A DNA stretch of 40,675 nt from a candidate division WOR-3 bacterium (GCA_965648935.1 CBFGIY010000012.1:1-40675); one strand, 5' to 3'. Shown: positions 26,939-36,593, counted from the first letter of the stretch. The notes: generated by a model from the letters alone, not told the origin. Made by a program: numbers and translations.

Positions 26939-27556
26939 TCAAACCGCGGCACAGACCAAACCGCGTCCGGCCTCGAATGCCCGCAGGTTGAGGTCGATGA
27001 ACGCCGGCTTGACCATCGACTTGATCGCAGCGGTGTAGGCGGAGAGCTCAAACTTCAGGAAGTGCGAAACCGCGCCCAGCATCAGGATGTTCTGGACTCG
27101 CGGGTTGCCCATCTCGACCGCAGTGGCGAACGCGGGGACCGGGACGAGCATGCCGGCCCGGGCCCGCAGGCGCCGGTCAACTTCCTCGTCAGGCATCGGC
27201 TCGGCCGCGCCGATCTGGACCGGCAGCGGCTGGATGCGGTGCGGGTCGTAGAGCAGGCGGCCGGAGGGGGCAACGTAGTGCGCATAGCGCAGCGCCTCGA
27301 GCCGTTCGAACGCGACAACCGTGCCGGCCGTGCCTTCCTCGATGAGCGGCGAGTGAACTTTCGGGCCGAAGCGGATGTGCGAGGTGACGCTGCCGCCCCG
27401 TTGGGCCATACCGTGCACCTCGCTCTTCTTGCAGTCGAGCCCGGCGTCGAGCGCGAGGTTGGAGAGGACGTTGGAGAACAGGATCACGCCCTGGCCGCCC
27501 ACCCCGCAGACAAGGACGTTGGTCGTTTCGGTCGCGCCGGAATGGGAGCCGGTCAT
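26939..27556 (-). CDS. iorB: indolepyruvate:ferredoxin oxidoreductase beta subunit
   Basis: GVGGQG, SEVHGMAQRGGSV.SHIRFG, AFERLEALR, NILMLGA; ATG overlaps the iorA stop. Confidence 0.92.
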   Translation of the reverse strand: MTGSHSGATETTNVLVCGVGGQGVILFSNVLSNLALDAGLDCKKSEVHGMAQRGGSVTSHIRFGPKVHSPLIEEGTAGTVVAFERLEALRYAHYVAPSGRLLYDPHRIQPLPVQIGAAEPMPDEEVDRRLRARAGMLVPVPAFATAVEMGNPRVQNILMLGAVSHFLKFELSAYTAAIKSMVKPAFIDLNLRAFEAGRGLVCAAV

Positions 27557-29277
27557 GCGATTGCCTCCTTGGGGCAGACGTTGGCACAGGTGCCGCACCC
27601 GACACAGATGGTGTCGACGATGTGCGACTTGCCGTCCTTCATCGTCAGGGCCGGGCAGCCCAGGCTGATACAGGTCTTGCAGGCGATGCACTTGTCCCGG
27701 TCGACGCGCCTGGGCGGGTTGCGCAACCCGATGAGCAGGGCGCAGGGCCGGCGGTTGACGATGACCGCCGGACCGGGTTCGGACAGCACCGCCCGCACCG
27801 TCTTGCGCGTTTCCTTCGCGTTGTAGGGGTCGACCTGGACGACTTTCTCGATGCCGCAGGCGCGGGCGAGCGTGACGATGTCGATTGCCGGGACCCTCTC
27901 GCCTGCGAGAGTCCTGCCGGTGCCCGGGTGGTCCTGGTGCCCGGTCATCCCGGTGGTGCTGTTGTCCGAAATGATGGTGATGACGCGGCTGCGGTTATAG
28001 GCGGTGTTGACAAGGCCGGTAATTCCCGAGTGGAAGAAGGTGGAGTCGCCGATGATGGCGACCCGGACCCGCTCGTCCGAAGAGCCGAGCGCCTTGTCGG
28101 CGCCGTGGGCGACGGTTATCGACGCGCCCATGTCGACGCAGGTGTCCATCGAGCTGTGGGGAGGGAGAGCGCCGAGCGTGTAGCAGCCGATGTCGCCGCC
28201 GACAATGACCTTCTGCTTCTGGAGTGCGAAGAAGATGCCGGCATGGGGGCAGCCGGCGCACAGTGCGGGCGGGCGACCGGGCAGGTCCGGCTCGGGCGCG
28301 GCCGGCGCGGTCGATCCGGGCGCAGCGAATGAGCGGCGCACGACCGCCGGGCTGAGTTCGCCGACCCGGGGGAGCCGGGATTTGCCGACCGGGGCAAGCC
28401 CGATGGCACGCAGGTGCATCTCGATGAACGGGTCGACTTCTTCGATGACGCGCAGTTCCTTGACACCGGCGGCGAAGCGGGCCGCCATCTCGGATGGAAA
28501 GGGGTAGACCATTCCCAGCTTCAGGAAGGAAGCGTCGGGAAAGACTTCGCGGGCGTACTGGTAGGCCACGCCGTCGCAGACGATGCCGAGTTCGGCCGAG
28601 CCCGGCTCGATGCGGTTGAGCGGGGTCTTTTCGGTGTACTCGCGCAGCCGGTCGATTCGGGCCTCAAGGTCCACGTGGCGCTGGGCCGCAAACGCGGGCA
28701 GGATGATGTTCTTGCGAATCTGCTTCTCGTAGCCCTTGAGCGGGCGCGGTTCGCGCTGGCCCGGTTCGACCGGCGCGCTGGAGTGAGCGACCCGCGTGGT
28801 CAGCCGGACGAGCACCGGGATGTCGTATTCCTCTGAGAGGTCGAACGCCAGCCGGGTGAAGTCCCTGGCCTCCTGGCTGTCTGACGGACACAGCACCGGC
28901 AGCTTCGCCATGAGGCCGTAGAAGCGGTTGTCCTGCTCGTTCTGGGATGAGTGCAGGCCGGGGTCGTCGGCGGTGATGATGACCAAGCCGCCGCGGGCCC
29001 CGATGTACGCCGCTGAGAACAGCGGGTCGGCGGCCACGTTCAGACCGACGTGCTTCATCGCGGCCATCGCCCGGGCCCCGGCAATCGAAGCGCCGAGCGC
29101 GACCTCAAGCGCCACCTTCTCATTGACCGACCATTCGCAATAGACGTCGTCGTAGTTGGCCAGCGCCTCGAGAATCTCGGTTGACGGCGTGCCCGGGTAG
29201 GCGGCCGCGACGTGGCAACCGGCCTCCCAGGCGCCGAGCGCTACGGCTTCATCCCCGGAGAGCAACTTCCTTCGCAT
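27553..29277 (-). CDS. iorA: indolepyruvate:ferredoxin oxidoreductase alpha subunit
   Basis: AYPGTPSTE, NEKVALE, MKHVGLNVAAD, HSSQNEQD, LCAGCPH, GDIGCY, IGDSTFFHSG, C-terminal 2x[4Fe-4S] cysteine motifs. Confidence 0.93.
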   Translation of the reverse strand: MRRKLLSGDEAVALGAWEAGCHVAAAYPGTPSTEILEALANYDDVYCEWSVNEKVALEVALGASIAGARAMAAMKHVGLNVAADPLFSAAYIGARGGLVIITADDPGLHSSQNEQDNRFYGLMAKLPVLCPSDSQEARDFTRLAFDLSEEYDIPVLVRLTTRVAHSSAPVEPGQREPRPLKGYEKQIRKNIILPAFAAQRHVDLEARIDRLREYTEKTPLNRIEPGSAELGIVCDGVAYQYAREVFPDASFLKLGMVYPFPSEMAARFAAGVKELRVIEEVDPFIEMHLRAIGLAPVGKSRLPRVGELSPAVVRRSFAAPGSTAPAAPEPDLPGRPPALCAGCPHAGIFFALQKQKVIVGGDIGCYTLGALPPHSSMDTCVDMGASITVAHGADKALGSSDERVRVAIIGDSTFFHSGITGLVNTAYNRSRVITIISDNSTTGMTGHQDHPGTGRTLAGERVPAIDIVTLARACGIEKVVQVDPYNAKETRKTVRAVLSEPGPAVIVNRRPCALLIGLRNPPRRVDRDKCIACKTCISLGCPALTMKDGKSHIVDTICVGCGTCANVCPKEAIA

Positions 29278-30337
29278 AGTCCTTCTCTTTCTCTTCGCCG
29301 GTAAGAACAGACAGCACCCGGGCCGCAAGGGCGGTCATTTCTTCCTCGCCCGGGAAAACGATGGTGCGCGCAAACAGCGGTCTGACCCAGCGGCGCAGCG
29401 CGGCGACAAATCCTCTGGAAAGCGTCAGGCCGCCGGTGAGCACGAGCGCGTCAGGCCTGCCGCCGCAGGCCACGGCACACGCGCCGATCTCTTTGGCGAT
29501 GCCATAGACAAGCGCGTCGTAGACCAGCCGGGCGCGCCGGTCCCCGGCCTTGACCCAGGTCTCGACCTTGCGGATGTCGTCGGTGCCGAGGTGCGACAGC
29601 AGACCGCCGCGGCGCTGGCATATCTCAAGGACTTCGGCCTCGGTGTGACGCCCGGAGAAGCAGATCCGGACCAGAGCCGAAACGGGAAGTGCCCCCGAGC
29701 GCTGGGGCGAGAAGGGGCCGTCATCATTGGCGTTGTTGGCGTCGACCTGGCGACCCTTCACGTGGGCCGCAACCGTGATGCCGGTGCCCAGGTGGGCAAC
29801 GACCAGTCGACAGGCCTCATAGCTCCGGCCCAGACGACGGGCGGCCTGCTGGGCAACGGTGCGGCAGCTCAGGGCATGCGAGAGCGCGGCCCGCTCCACG
29901 CCTTTGAGACCGGTCAGCCGGGCCTCGGGCCGGAACTCGTCGGTCGACTCGGGGTCGACGAAGAAGGCCGGAACAGCCATCTCGCGTGACAACTCGTGGC
30001 TGATGAGCGGGCCGAGCAACGAGGGGTGTAGAGTTTGGTAGCGGCCGCGCTGTATGTCGTTCACGACGCGCTGGGTGATGCGGAACACGCCGCCGGGCAG
30101 GGGCATCAGCGGCCCGCCGCGCGATGCGATGGCATTCACCGACTGGGGCGGCAACTTGTGCGCCTTCAAGACCGAGAGAACCGCGTCCTTGCGCATCGCG
30201 TACTGGTCGAGGACATGGCCGAAGCGCACCAGTTGCGGAGCAGGATGCTCTATGTTCTCGCGGAACAGCGGACGGTTGTTGTCGAAGACGGCGACCTTGG
30301 TCGAGCCGCCGCCGGGATTGATGGCCAGGATGCGCAT
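29249..30337 (-). CDS. buk: butyrate kinase (branched-chain carboxylate kinase)
   Basis: ILAINPGGGSTK, SRGG..PLPGG, VAHLGTGITV.AH.KGR.VDANNA.DDGPFSPQRSG, LGTDD, LTGG, FPGEEEM.ALA. Confidence 0.88.
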   Translation of the reverse strand: MRILAINPGGGSTKVAVFDNNRPLFRENIEHPAPQLVRFGHVLDQYAMRKDAVLSVLKAHKLPPQSVNAIASRGGPLMPLPGGVFRITQRVVNDIQRGRYQTLHPSLLGPLISHELSREMAVPAFFVDPESTDEFRPEARLTGLKGVERAALSHALSCRTVAQQAARRLGRSYEACRLVVAHLGTGITVAAHVKGRQVDANNANDDGPFSPQRSGALPVSALVRICFSGRHTEAEVLEICQRRGGLLSHLGTDDIRKVETWVKAGDRRARLVYDALVYGIAKEIGACAVACGGRPDALVLTGGLTLSRGFVAALRRWVRPLFARTIVFPGEEEMTALAARVLSVLTGEEKEKDYAKEVALRG

Positions 30338-30343
30338 CCGGCT

Positions 30344-30372
30344 AGTGTATCGCTGTCCGTCGGTGTTGTCAA
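30344..30372 (-). promoter_or_regulatory. sigma70-like promoter, leaderless (buk-iorAB)
   Basis: TTGACA-17-TACACT; ATG 6 nt downstream. Confidence 0.7.
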
Positions 30373-30456
30373 TGAAGCTAGTATGAAGCGGCAACTGATT
30401 ACCGGTCAAACGCTTGCGAAGACAAGCTGTTCGGGGTGGAGGGCGCCGGTCAGGGC

Positions 30457-32211
30457 TCAGGGTGCGATGACGACGTGCTTCAGCGGCCCGGGCCGGCCCG
30501 CGGCGAAGTACACCCCGGCAGGCAGGCGGCGAACATCGGGAGGGCTTCCGTCGGTGAGGCTGCCGGTTACGGCGTGGACGCGGCGGCCGAGGACATCGTA
30601 TAGCCGGGCGGTTCCGGGAAGGCTTGTCGCGGGCAAGGCAGCTCGGGCACGCTGCGAAGCCGGTGCCTGCGCTTCGAGCACGGCCGGCGGGTATCGCCCT
30701 CCGGCTTCAAGATAGCGCCGCGCGGCCTCCTGGATCATCCGGGCGGTCACGGCCGGGTCGCTGATCACGATGATGTTCTCGTCGTTGAGCGTGTTGGCAT
30801 TCTGAGACCAGTTGGCCGAGCCGACGATGACCGTGGTCGAGTCGACAATCATCAGCTTGGCGTGAATCTGGTTGGCGCTGCCGAGGAAGGAGTCGATGAG
30901 TATCGGCACGCCCCAGCCGAGCAGGCGCGGGTACTCGGAGTTCGGGTCGAGCGCGGCGGCGCGGTCGATCGTGCCGCCGACCCAGCGGCCCGCGTACCAC
31001 GCGTCGCGCATCGCATCGCCGAGCGGGTCGAAGGTGAAGGCGTTGCAGGCGAAGAAGACCTGGCCGGCGGTGCGCCGGACAAGCGCAGTGATGGTGTCGA
31101 CGACGCGGTCCTGGGGCGCGAACCACACCTTAACCGGGACGCCGGCCACGGTCGCCTCGTGGGTCGGGAGGAGGTCGCGCTTGCCCGTGTGAAACTTCGC
31201 GGCTGCCGGGTTGGGCTGCGGCCCGGGCCCGCCCCACATCTGCTCGAACTCGATCCGGTAGAGCCGGGCCAGGGACGGACCGGGCAGTTCGAGGGCGCAG
31301 TCCGCGTGCAGCTCGTTCGTGTTGGGATTGTAGGTGGCGACCCAGGTGATGTCGTCGGCGGTGTCGGTGTCGGCCGCATCGCGGATGGCGAACTTGTTGT
31401 GCATGTAGCCCGAGGAGTTCGGGCCGATGGAGTCGGTCCAGACCGCGACGCCGGCCGAGCGCAGGTCCGCAACCCACTGGCTGTTCAGGCGGGCGTTGTC
31501 GGTAATCACGCGCAGCGCGACGCCGCGGCCGTGGGCGCGCAGCAGCGCCGCGTTGACGTCCGGGCGCGAGGAGTTGTAGCAGCAGTAGTCAAGCGACGCG
31601 CGGGCGCCGTCGAAGAAGTCGATGAGCCGGGCAGCGAGGCTGTCCTGCACGAACCACGTGCGGATGGTCTCGGGAACCGGCACGAGCGGCTCGAACCCGG
31701 CCTGGTCCGCGAGCAGGATCGCGCCGCCGGGCGCGCCGGTCGCGCCGTAGGTGCGGATGATGAGGTCGGCGAAGGCGGCGCCGGTCGGGGCCGTGACCGT
31801 GTCGACGATGGCCTGCCAGTTCGGGTTGTCCCGGGACTGGCGCACCGGCGTCGAGGAGATGTAGCCGGAATCAGGGCCGCGCCAGGTAACCAGCAGGCCG
31901 AGCGCGGCTTCGGCGGTCCGGTCCATGCACCACGCCTGCCAGGTCCAGCGCGTGCCCGGCGTGACCGGGACGCGCTGGAGCAGGCCGCTGTTGTTGCCGA
32001 GGCCGGCGACGCGCCGAACCAGGCCGCAGGCAGCACTGCCCGAGTACACGGTTGCGCGTTCGGCAAAGGGACTGGTGCGCCCTCGGGCTTCAATGCGCCA
32101 CGCTGTCGGGGTCGAGTCGTTGAGCCATTCCTCGAAGCCGCCATTGAGGAGCGGGCCGGCCGCGGCAAGGCCGGCAAGCACGACGAGGGCCGCGAGGAAT
32201 CGCGTGGCCAC
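30457..32211 (-). CDS. secreted phospholipase D-superfamily (Nuc-like) protein with CBM-like N-domain
   Basis: Signal peptide; 'LLNGGFEEW' jelly-roll start; two HKD motifs (MHNKFAIRD; IHAKLMIVD...GSANWS); short T9SS-like tail 'LYDVLGRRV...LPAGVYF'. Confidence 0.8.
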   Translation of the reverse strand: MATRFLAALVVLAGLAAAGPLLNGGFEEWLNDSTPTAWRIEARGRTSPFAERATVYSGSAACGLVRRVAGLGNNSGLLQRVPVTPGTRWTWQAWCMDRTAEAALGLLVTWRGPDSGYISSTPVRQSRDNPNWQAIVDTVTAPTGAAFADLIIRTYGATGAPGGAILLADQAGFEPLVPVPETIRTWFVQDSLAARLIDFFDGARASLDYCCYNSSRPDVNAALLRAHGRGVALRVITDNARLNSQWVADLRSAGVAVWTDSIGPNSSGYMHNKFAIRDAADTDTADDITWVATYNPNTNELHADCALELPGPSLARLYRIEFEQMWGGPGPQPNPAAAKFHTGKRDLLPTHEATVAGVPVKVWFAPQDRVVDTITALVRRTAGQVFFACNAFTFDPLGDAMRDAWYAGRWVGGTIDRAAALDPNSEYPRLLGWGVPILIDSFLGSANQIHAKLMIVDSTTVIVGSANWSQNANTLNDENIIVISDPAVTARMIQEAARRYLEAGGRYPPAVLEAQAPASQRARAALPATSLPGTARLYDVLGRRVHAVTGSLTDGSPPDVRRLPAGVYFAAGRPGPLKHVVIAP

Positions 32212-32216
32212 GAGCA

Positions 32217-32244
32217 ATGGTAGCGCGTGCCCTGGGCGGCGCAA
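32217..32244 (-). promoter_or_regulatory. sigma70-like promoter, leaderless
   Basis: TTGCGC-16-TACCAT; GTG 5 nt downstream. Confidence 0.5.
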
Positions 32245-32257
32245 CCCCGGCGCGGGC

Positions 32258-32285
32258 TTGACTGCCGTAGTGCCCGGGCTAGTCT
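32258..32285 (+). promoter_or_regulatory. sigma70-like promoter, leaderless
   Basis: TTGACT-16-TAGTCT; GTG 5 nt downstream. Confidence 0.6.
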
Positions 32286-32290
32286 GTTGC

Positions 32291-32956
32291 GTGCCGAGGT
32301 TGACCCTTCTGTTTGTTCTGTTCCTGGTGCTGGCTTGTGACGACGTGCGGCTGGCCACGCCGGCCGTCAGCGGGCCGACTCGGTTTCGGCCGGCCCGGCC
32401 GGTCGAGATCCAGTTCTGCTCGCTGGTCGGTCCGTCAGAGTCCACGGCGTACGTCATCGACTGGGGCGATGCGGGCGGCGGGGAGACCACGGCGTTCTGC
32501 TCGGTCGCCGAGGCCTGTGCCGTCAGCCACACATACTCCGACAGCGGCGATTACGAGATACGGGCTCTGGCCTGGGACGGGAAGCATTCGTCCGGGTGGT
32601 CGAGCGGATACCCGGTCGAGGTGAGGCCGTTCGGTCCGGCCGTGCCGCGCCGCCCGGCCGGGCGCGATTCGGTCGCGGCCGGGGACACGGCGCGTTACAT
32701 CACGTACTGCCGTCACCCGCTGGGCGAGCCGGTTTCGTACCAGTTTGACTGGGGTGACTCGCTGGGTGGTTACGGACCCTTCGTGAGTCCGGACAGCGTC
32801 TTCAGCGCCCCGCACTCCTGGGGCTTGCCCGGCGCGTTCGCGGTGCGGGCCCGTTCGCGCGACACGACCGGCGCGGAGTCCGCCTGGTCCGACGCGATCG
32901 AGGTCATCGTGACCGGGGGACTGCCGCGCCGAGCCCTTTACACCCGGCCGCGCTAG
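32291..32956 (+). CDS. lipoprotein with two PKD-like domains
   Basis: Lipobox VLAC; repeats 'YVIDWGD...SHTY...G.YEIRA.A.D...S.WS' and 'YQFDWGD...HSW...G.FAVRARSRD...SAWS'. Confidence 0.75.
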   Translation: MPRLTLLFVLFLVLACDDVRLATPAVSGPTRFRPARPVEIQFCSLVGPSESTAYVIDWGDAGGGETTAFCSVAEACAVSHTYSDSGDYEIRALAWDGKHSSGWSSGYPVEVRPFGPAVPRRPAGRDSVAAGDTARYITYCRHPLGEPVSYQFDWGDSLGGYGPFVSPDSVFSAPHSWGLPGAFAVRARSRDTTGAESAWSDAIEVIVTGGLPRRALYTRPR

Positions 32957-32964
32957 GGTAGAAT
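32937..32964 (+). promoter_or_regulatory. promoter of the M14 peptidase gene
   Basis: TTTACA-16-TAGAAT; SD AAGGAGG at 32982-32988. Confidence 0.55.
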
Positions 32965-32992
32965 CAGCATTCATCGCTCTCAAGGAGGCACT

Positions 32993-35900
32993 GTGCAGCG
33001 TTTTCTGCCCTTGGTCCTGGCGCTGGCGCTGGCCGCCCCGGCCGGCGTCGCGGCGTTCGAACCGCCGCGCGAGATGACCGTGCGGATTGCGGTCACGCCG
33101 ATAAGGCTGGCCGAGATCGCGGACGACGTCCTGGAGTTCTACGAGGTGACTCCTGAGTACGTCAAGTGCGGCGTGACCGAGGAGTCCTACAAGAGCCTCG
33201 TCGACCGCCGGTTCGATGTCGAGGTGCTCGTGCCCGACGTCGCGGCGCGGGCGCGTTCGCTTGACGGCTTCTTCCACACCTACGCGCAGCTGCGCGACAC
33301 CTGGGCGATAATCGCCCAGAACAACCCGAACATCTGCGTGCTGGATACCATCGGGCTGTCGGCCAACGGCAACCTGATGCTGGCGATGAAGGTATCGGAC
33401 AACCCGACGGTGATGGAGGGCGAGCCGCGCATCTGCTACGACTTCTCGATTCACGGCAACGAGAACAACGGCTGCGAGATAGCGCACTTCGGGCTCATCC
33501 AGCTCGTGTCGCTCTACGGCACCGACCCGGACATCACCCGCTGGGTGAACACGCGCGAGATATGGCTCATCCCGATGGACAACCCGGACGGCCTGATTTC
33601 GCGCTCGCGCTACAACGGCCACGGGGTCGACTGCAACCGCAACTACGGCTACTCCTGGGACGCGGGCGGGCCGTCGGTGTTCTCCGAGCCCGAGGTGCAG
33701 TCGTTCTACCACCTCGCGCAGGAGAACCCGATGGCGATGTGGACCCAGTACCACAGCGGCACGACTTCCTCGATGTGGCCCTGGGGCTACACGACCAAGG
33801 CGACGATGGATTCGGTCGACCACGCCTACGAGACCCAGACCTACGGCGCGGTCGCCGGGTATCCCGCCTACCAGATTTCGCGCGGGCTGTACTCGGTCAA
33901 GGGCGGCTCGACCGACTGGTACTACGGCGCGGCCGGGGCGCTCGGCCTCGCCCACGAGGTGTGCAGCGGCCAGCCGTCGCCCGCGAGCGAGATAGACACG
34001 ATCAACGCCCGCAACTGGCGGGCGATGAAGGGGCAGCTCCAGCGGATCATCCGCGGGGCAAACGGCTACGTGACCGACTCGGCGAGCGGCCGGCCCCTGT
34101 ATGCCCGGGTGACCGCGATTCCGCCCGACTGGTTCACCTTCACCGACTCCATCGGCTATTTCCACAAGTACCTGCACGGCGGGACCTACTCGCTCAAGGT
34201 CGAGGCCAACGGCTACCGGACAAAGACCGTGAGCGGGGTCGTCGTGCCGGGCGACTCCTGCACCGGCGTGAACGTCGCGCTCGTGCCCGATTCGGCCGAG
34301 CCGATAACGGCGTTCCGCGTGGTCGCCAATAAGATAAAGGAGAACCCGGCCAACACCAACCCGACAATGGCGGCGTGGGCGCTGGGCCGGCGCGACGGCC
34401 GGACCTTCTCGCTCGGCAACGGCGGCTGGTCGACCTGGGACATGGGCAAGCGCACGCCGATAATCAACGGGCCGGGCAACGACTTCTTCGTGGTCGAGGA
34501 CGACGCCGACCCTGAGGCGTGCAGCGTGTACGTCTCGAACGAGTGGAACGGGCCGTGGACCTACCTCGGGTTCGGCACCGGAACCCAGGGCTATGACCTC
34601 TCGACCGCGGGGATAGGCTCGGCGCGGTTCGTGCGCGTCGCCGACGACAATGTCGGGCCGACCGGCCCCTATGCCGGGTTCGACCTCGACGCGATCGAGG
34701 CGGTCGTGGTGAACGCGCCGGCGCTGCTGCTCGCCGGCCGGACAATCATCGACTCCCCGCCCGGCGGCAACAACGACGGCAAGCTCGACCCGGGCGAGAA
34801 CGCGGCCCTGACCGTGACCCTGCGCAATGCCGGGCGGGTCGGCGTGGCCGGCCTGACCGGGGTGCTGCGCACCGCGGACGCCTACGTGTCGGTCACCGAC
34901 TCGACCGGCTCGTGGGGCAATGTCGGGCCGGATTCGGTGCGTTCCAACTCGGCCGACGCGTTCCGGGTCGCGGCTTCGGGCCTGACCCCGCGCGAGCATC
35001 CGGCGCGGATGGTGCTTGCCCTGTCGGGCACGGATTACCGCGACAGCATCGTGTTCGACATCGTGGTCGGAGAGCTGCGCGCGGTCGACCCGATACCGGA
35101 CGGCCCGCGCCAGCCGGCCCGCTACTGGGCCTACGATGATGTGGACTCGGCCTATGCCCAGCGGCCGCAGTTTGAGTGGGTCGAGATCAACCCGGTCGGC
35201 ACGCGGCTGACGCTCTCCGACGACCAGACCGTGGTCGTCAGCCTGCCGCCGGCATTCGGGCCGTGGCGCTACTACGGCCAGAGCTTCACGCAGGTGAGCA
35301 TCTGCTCCAACGGCTGGATATCGCCCGGCTCGACCACCAACTCGGGCTACTCCAATGTCAGCCTGCCGGACGGCGCCCAGCCGGCCAACCTGTGCCTCCT
35401 GTGGGACGACCTGTATCCTGTGGCCGGGCGCGGGGTGTGGTACTACCACGACGCGGCCAACCACCGGTTCATCGTCGAGTTTGACTCGGTCTGCAAGTAC
35501 AGCCCGCGCACGAGCTATGTCATCGGCCAGTTCATCATCTACGACACCACGGTGCAGACCCCGACCGGCGACAACGAGATAATCCTGCAGTACCGCGGCG
35601 GCAACGACTTCGGCTCGGCAACGGTGGGGATAGAAGACCCGACCTGCGCCATCGGCATCAACTGCCTGTTTGACGGGACCTATCACCGCGGGGCCGCACC
35701 GCTCGGTCCGGGCCGGGCAATCAAGTTCACTTCGCTTGACCCGACCGGCGTGGCGGAGGGCCCGGCTGAGCGCGGCAGCGGGCTGCGCCTTGATGCGGCC
35801 AGCCCGGGGCGCGGCCGCGTGGCGGTGCGCTGGTTCCTGCCGGCCGCAGGCAGGGCCGAGGTCACGGTCATCGACAACAGCGGCCGGGTGGTGCGGCAGC

Positions 35901-36049
35901 TCGCCGCGGGCTTGGGCCGGGCCGGCTGGTCAAGCCTGACCTGGGACGGCACGGACAACGCGGGCCGGGCTGTCGCGGCCGGCACCTACTGGGTGCGGCT
36001 CACGGCCGGCGACGCGAGCAGCGCGGTCAAGGCAGTGGTGCTCAGGTAG
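32993..36049 (+). CDS. secreted M14 zinc carboxypeptidase with shared module and FlgD/T9SS-type C-terminus
   Basis: IHGNE, NPDG, RYN..GVDCNRNY, FSEPE, YHSG, WPWG, GGSTDW, HEV; tail 'WDGTDNAGRAVAAGTYWVRL'. Confidence 0.9.
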   Translation: MQRFLPLVLALALAAPAGVAAFEPPREMTVRIAVTPIRLAEIADDVLEFYEVTPEYVKCGVTEESYKSLVDRRFDVEVLVPDVAARARSLDGFFHTYAQLRDTWAIIAQNNPNICVLDTIGLSANGNLMLAMKVSDNPTVMEGEPRICYDFSIHGNENNGCEIAHFGLIQLVSLYGTDPDITRWVNTREIWLIPMDNPDGLISRSRYNGHGVDCNRNYGYSWDAGGPSVFSEPEVQSFYHLAQENPMAMWTQYHSGTTSSMWPWGYTTKATMDSVDHAYETQTYGAVAGYPAYQISRGLYSVKGGSTDWYYGAAGALGLAHEVCSGQPSPASEIDTINARNWRAMKGQLQRIIRGANGYVTDSASGRPLYARVTAIPPDWFTFTDSIGYFHKYLHGGTYSLKVEANGYRTKTVSGVVVPGDSCTGVNVALVPDSAEPITAFRVVANKIKENPANTNPTMAAWALGRRDGRTFSLGNGGWSTWDMGKRTPIINGPGNDFFVVEDDADPEACSVYVSNEWNGPWTYLGFGTGTQGYDLSTAGIGSARFVRVADDNVGPTGPYAGFDLDAIEAVVVNAPALLLAGRTIIDSPPGGNNDGKLDPGENAALTVTLRNAGRVGVAGLTGVLRTADAYVSVTDSTGSWGNVGPDSVRSNSADAFRVAASGLTPREHPARMVLALSGTDYRDSIVFDIVVGELRAVDPIPDGPRQPARYWAYDDVDSAYAQRPQFEWVEINPVGTRLTLSDDQTVVVSLPPAFGPWRYYGQSFTQVSICSNGWISPGSTTNSGYSNVSLPDGAQPANLCLLWDDLYPVAGRGVWYYHDAANHRFIVEFDSVCKYSPRTSYVIGQFIIYDTTVQTPTGDNEIILQYRGGNDFGSATVGIEDPTCAIGINCLFDGTYHRGAAPLGPGRAIKFTSLDPTGVAEGPAERGSGLRLDAASPGRGRVAVRWFLPAAGRAEVTVIDNSGRVVRQLAAGLGRAGWSSLTWDGTDNAGRAVAAGTYWVRLTAGDASSAVKAVVLR
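35087..35731 (+). repeat. shared module, copy 3 (in M14)
   Basis: 'DPIPDGPRQPARYWAYD...GRAIKFT'; more diverged than copies 1 and 2. Confidence 0.85.
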
Positions 36050-36091
36050 CGGGCAGGGCGGAATGAGCCGACCCGAGGCCCGAAACCGCCG

Positions 36092-36541
36092 GTGATGGCG
36101 CGCAAGAGCTGGGACCGCTACTTCTCGGACATCGCCCGGCTGGTGAGCGAGCGTTCGACCTGCCTGCGCCGGCGGGTCGGCGCGGTGCTGGTGCGCGACA
36201 AGCGCATCCTCTGCACCGGGTACAACGGCGCGGCAAAAGGACTGCCGCACTGCGACGAGGTCGGGTGCCTGCGCGACAGGCTGGGCATTCCTTCGGCCGA
36301 GCGCATCGAGATATGCCGCGGCATCCACGCCGAGCAGAACGCGCTGGTTCAGGCCGCGACCTTCGGCATCAACGTGTCGGGCGCGACCCTGTACTGCACC
36401 CACAGCCCGTGCGTGACCTGTGCCAAGATGCTGGTCAACGCGGGCATCACCGAGTTCGTGGTCGGCGAGCCTTACCCGGACGGGTTCGCGGCCGACATCG
36501 TGCGGCAGGCCGGGGTCGCGGTCCGCGCCCCGGTCGATTAG
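36092..36541 (+). CDS. dCMP deaminase / cytidine-deoxycytidylate deaminase family (ComEB-like)
   Basis: [34 protein letters not shown]. Confidence 0.9.
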   Translation: MMARKSWDRYFSDIARLVSERSTCLRRRVGAVLVRDKRILCTGYNGAAKGLPHCDEVGCLRDRLGIPSAERIEICRGIHAEQNALVQAATFGINVSGATLYCTHSPCVTCAKMLVNAGITEFVVGEPYPDGFAADIVRQAGVAVRAPVD

Positions 36542-36558
36542 AGCGCAACATTCGCTCA

Positions 36559-36584
36559 GGGGCGGCGGGGCGACCCGCCGCCCC
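36559..36584 (+). terminator. GC-rich hairpin after dCMP deaminase
   Basis: GGGGCGGCGGG-GCGA-CCCGCCGCCCC; no U-tract. Confidence 0.55.
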
Positions 36585-36593
36585 GCCGTCGGG

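Noticed and set aside
32435..35686. 1083-aa minus-strand ORF and other long antisense ORFs (e.g. 12098-14128, 19964-21376)
   Set aside because: Shadow frames of high-GC genes; no motifs, and they overlap well-supported CDSs
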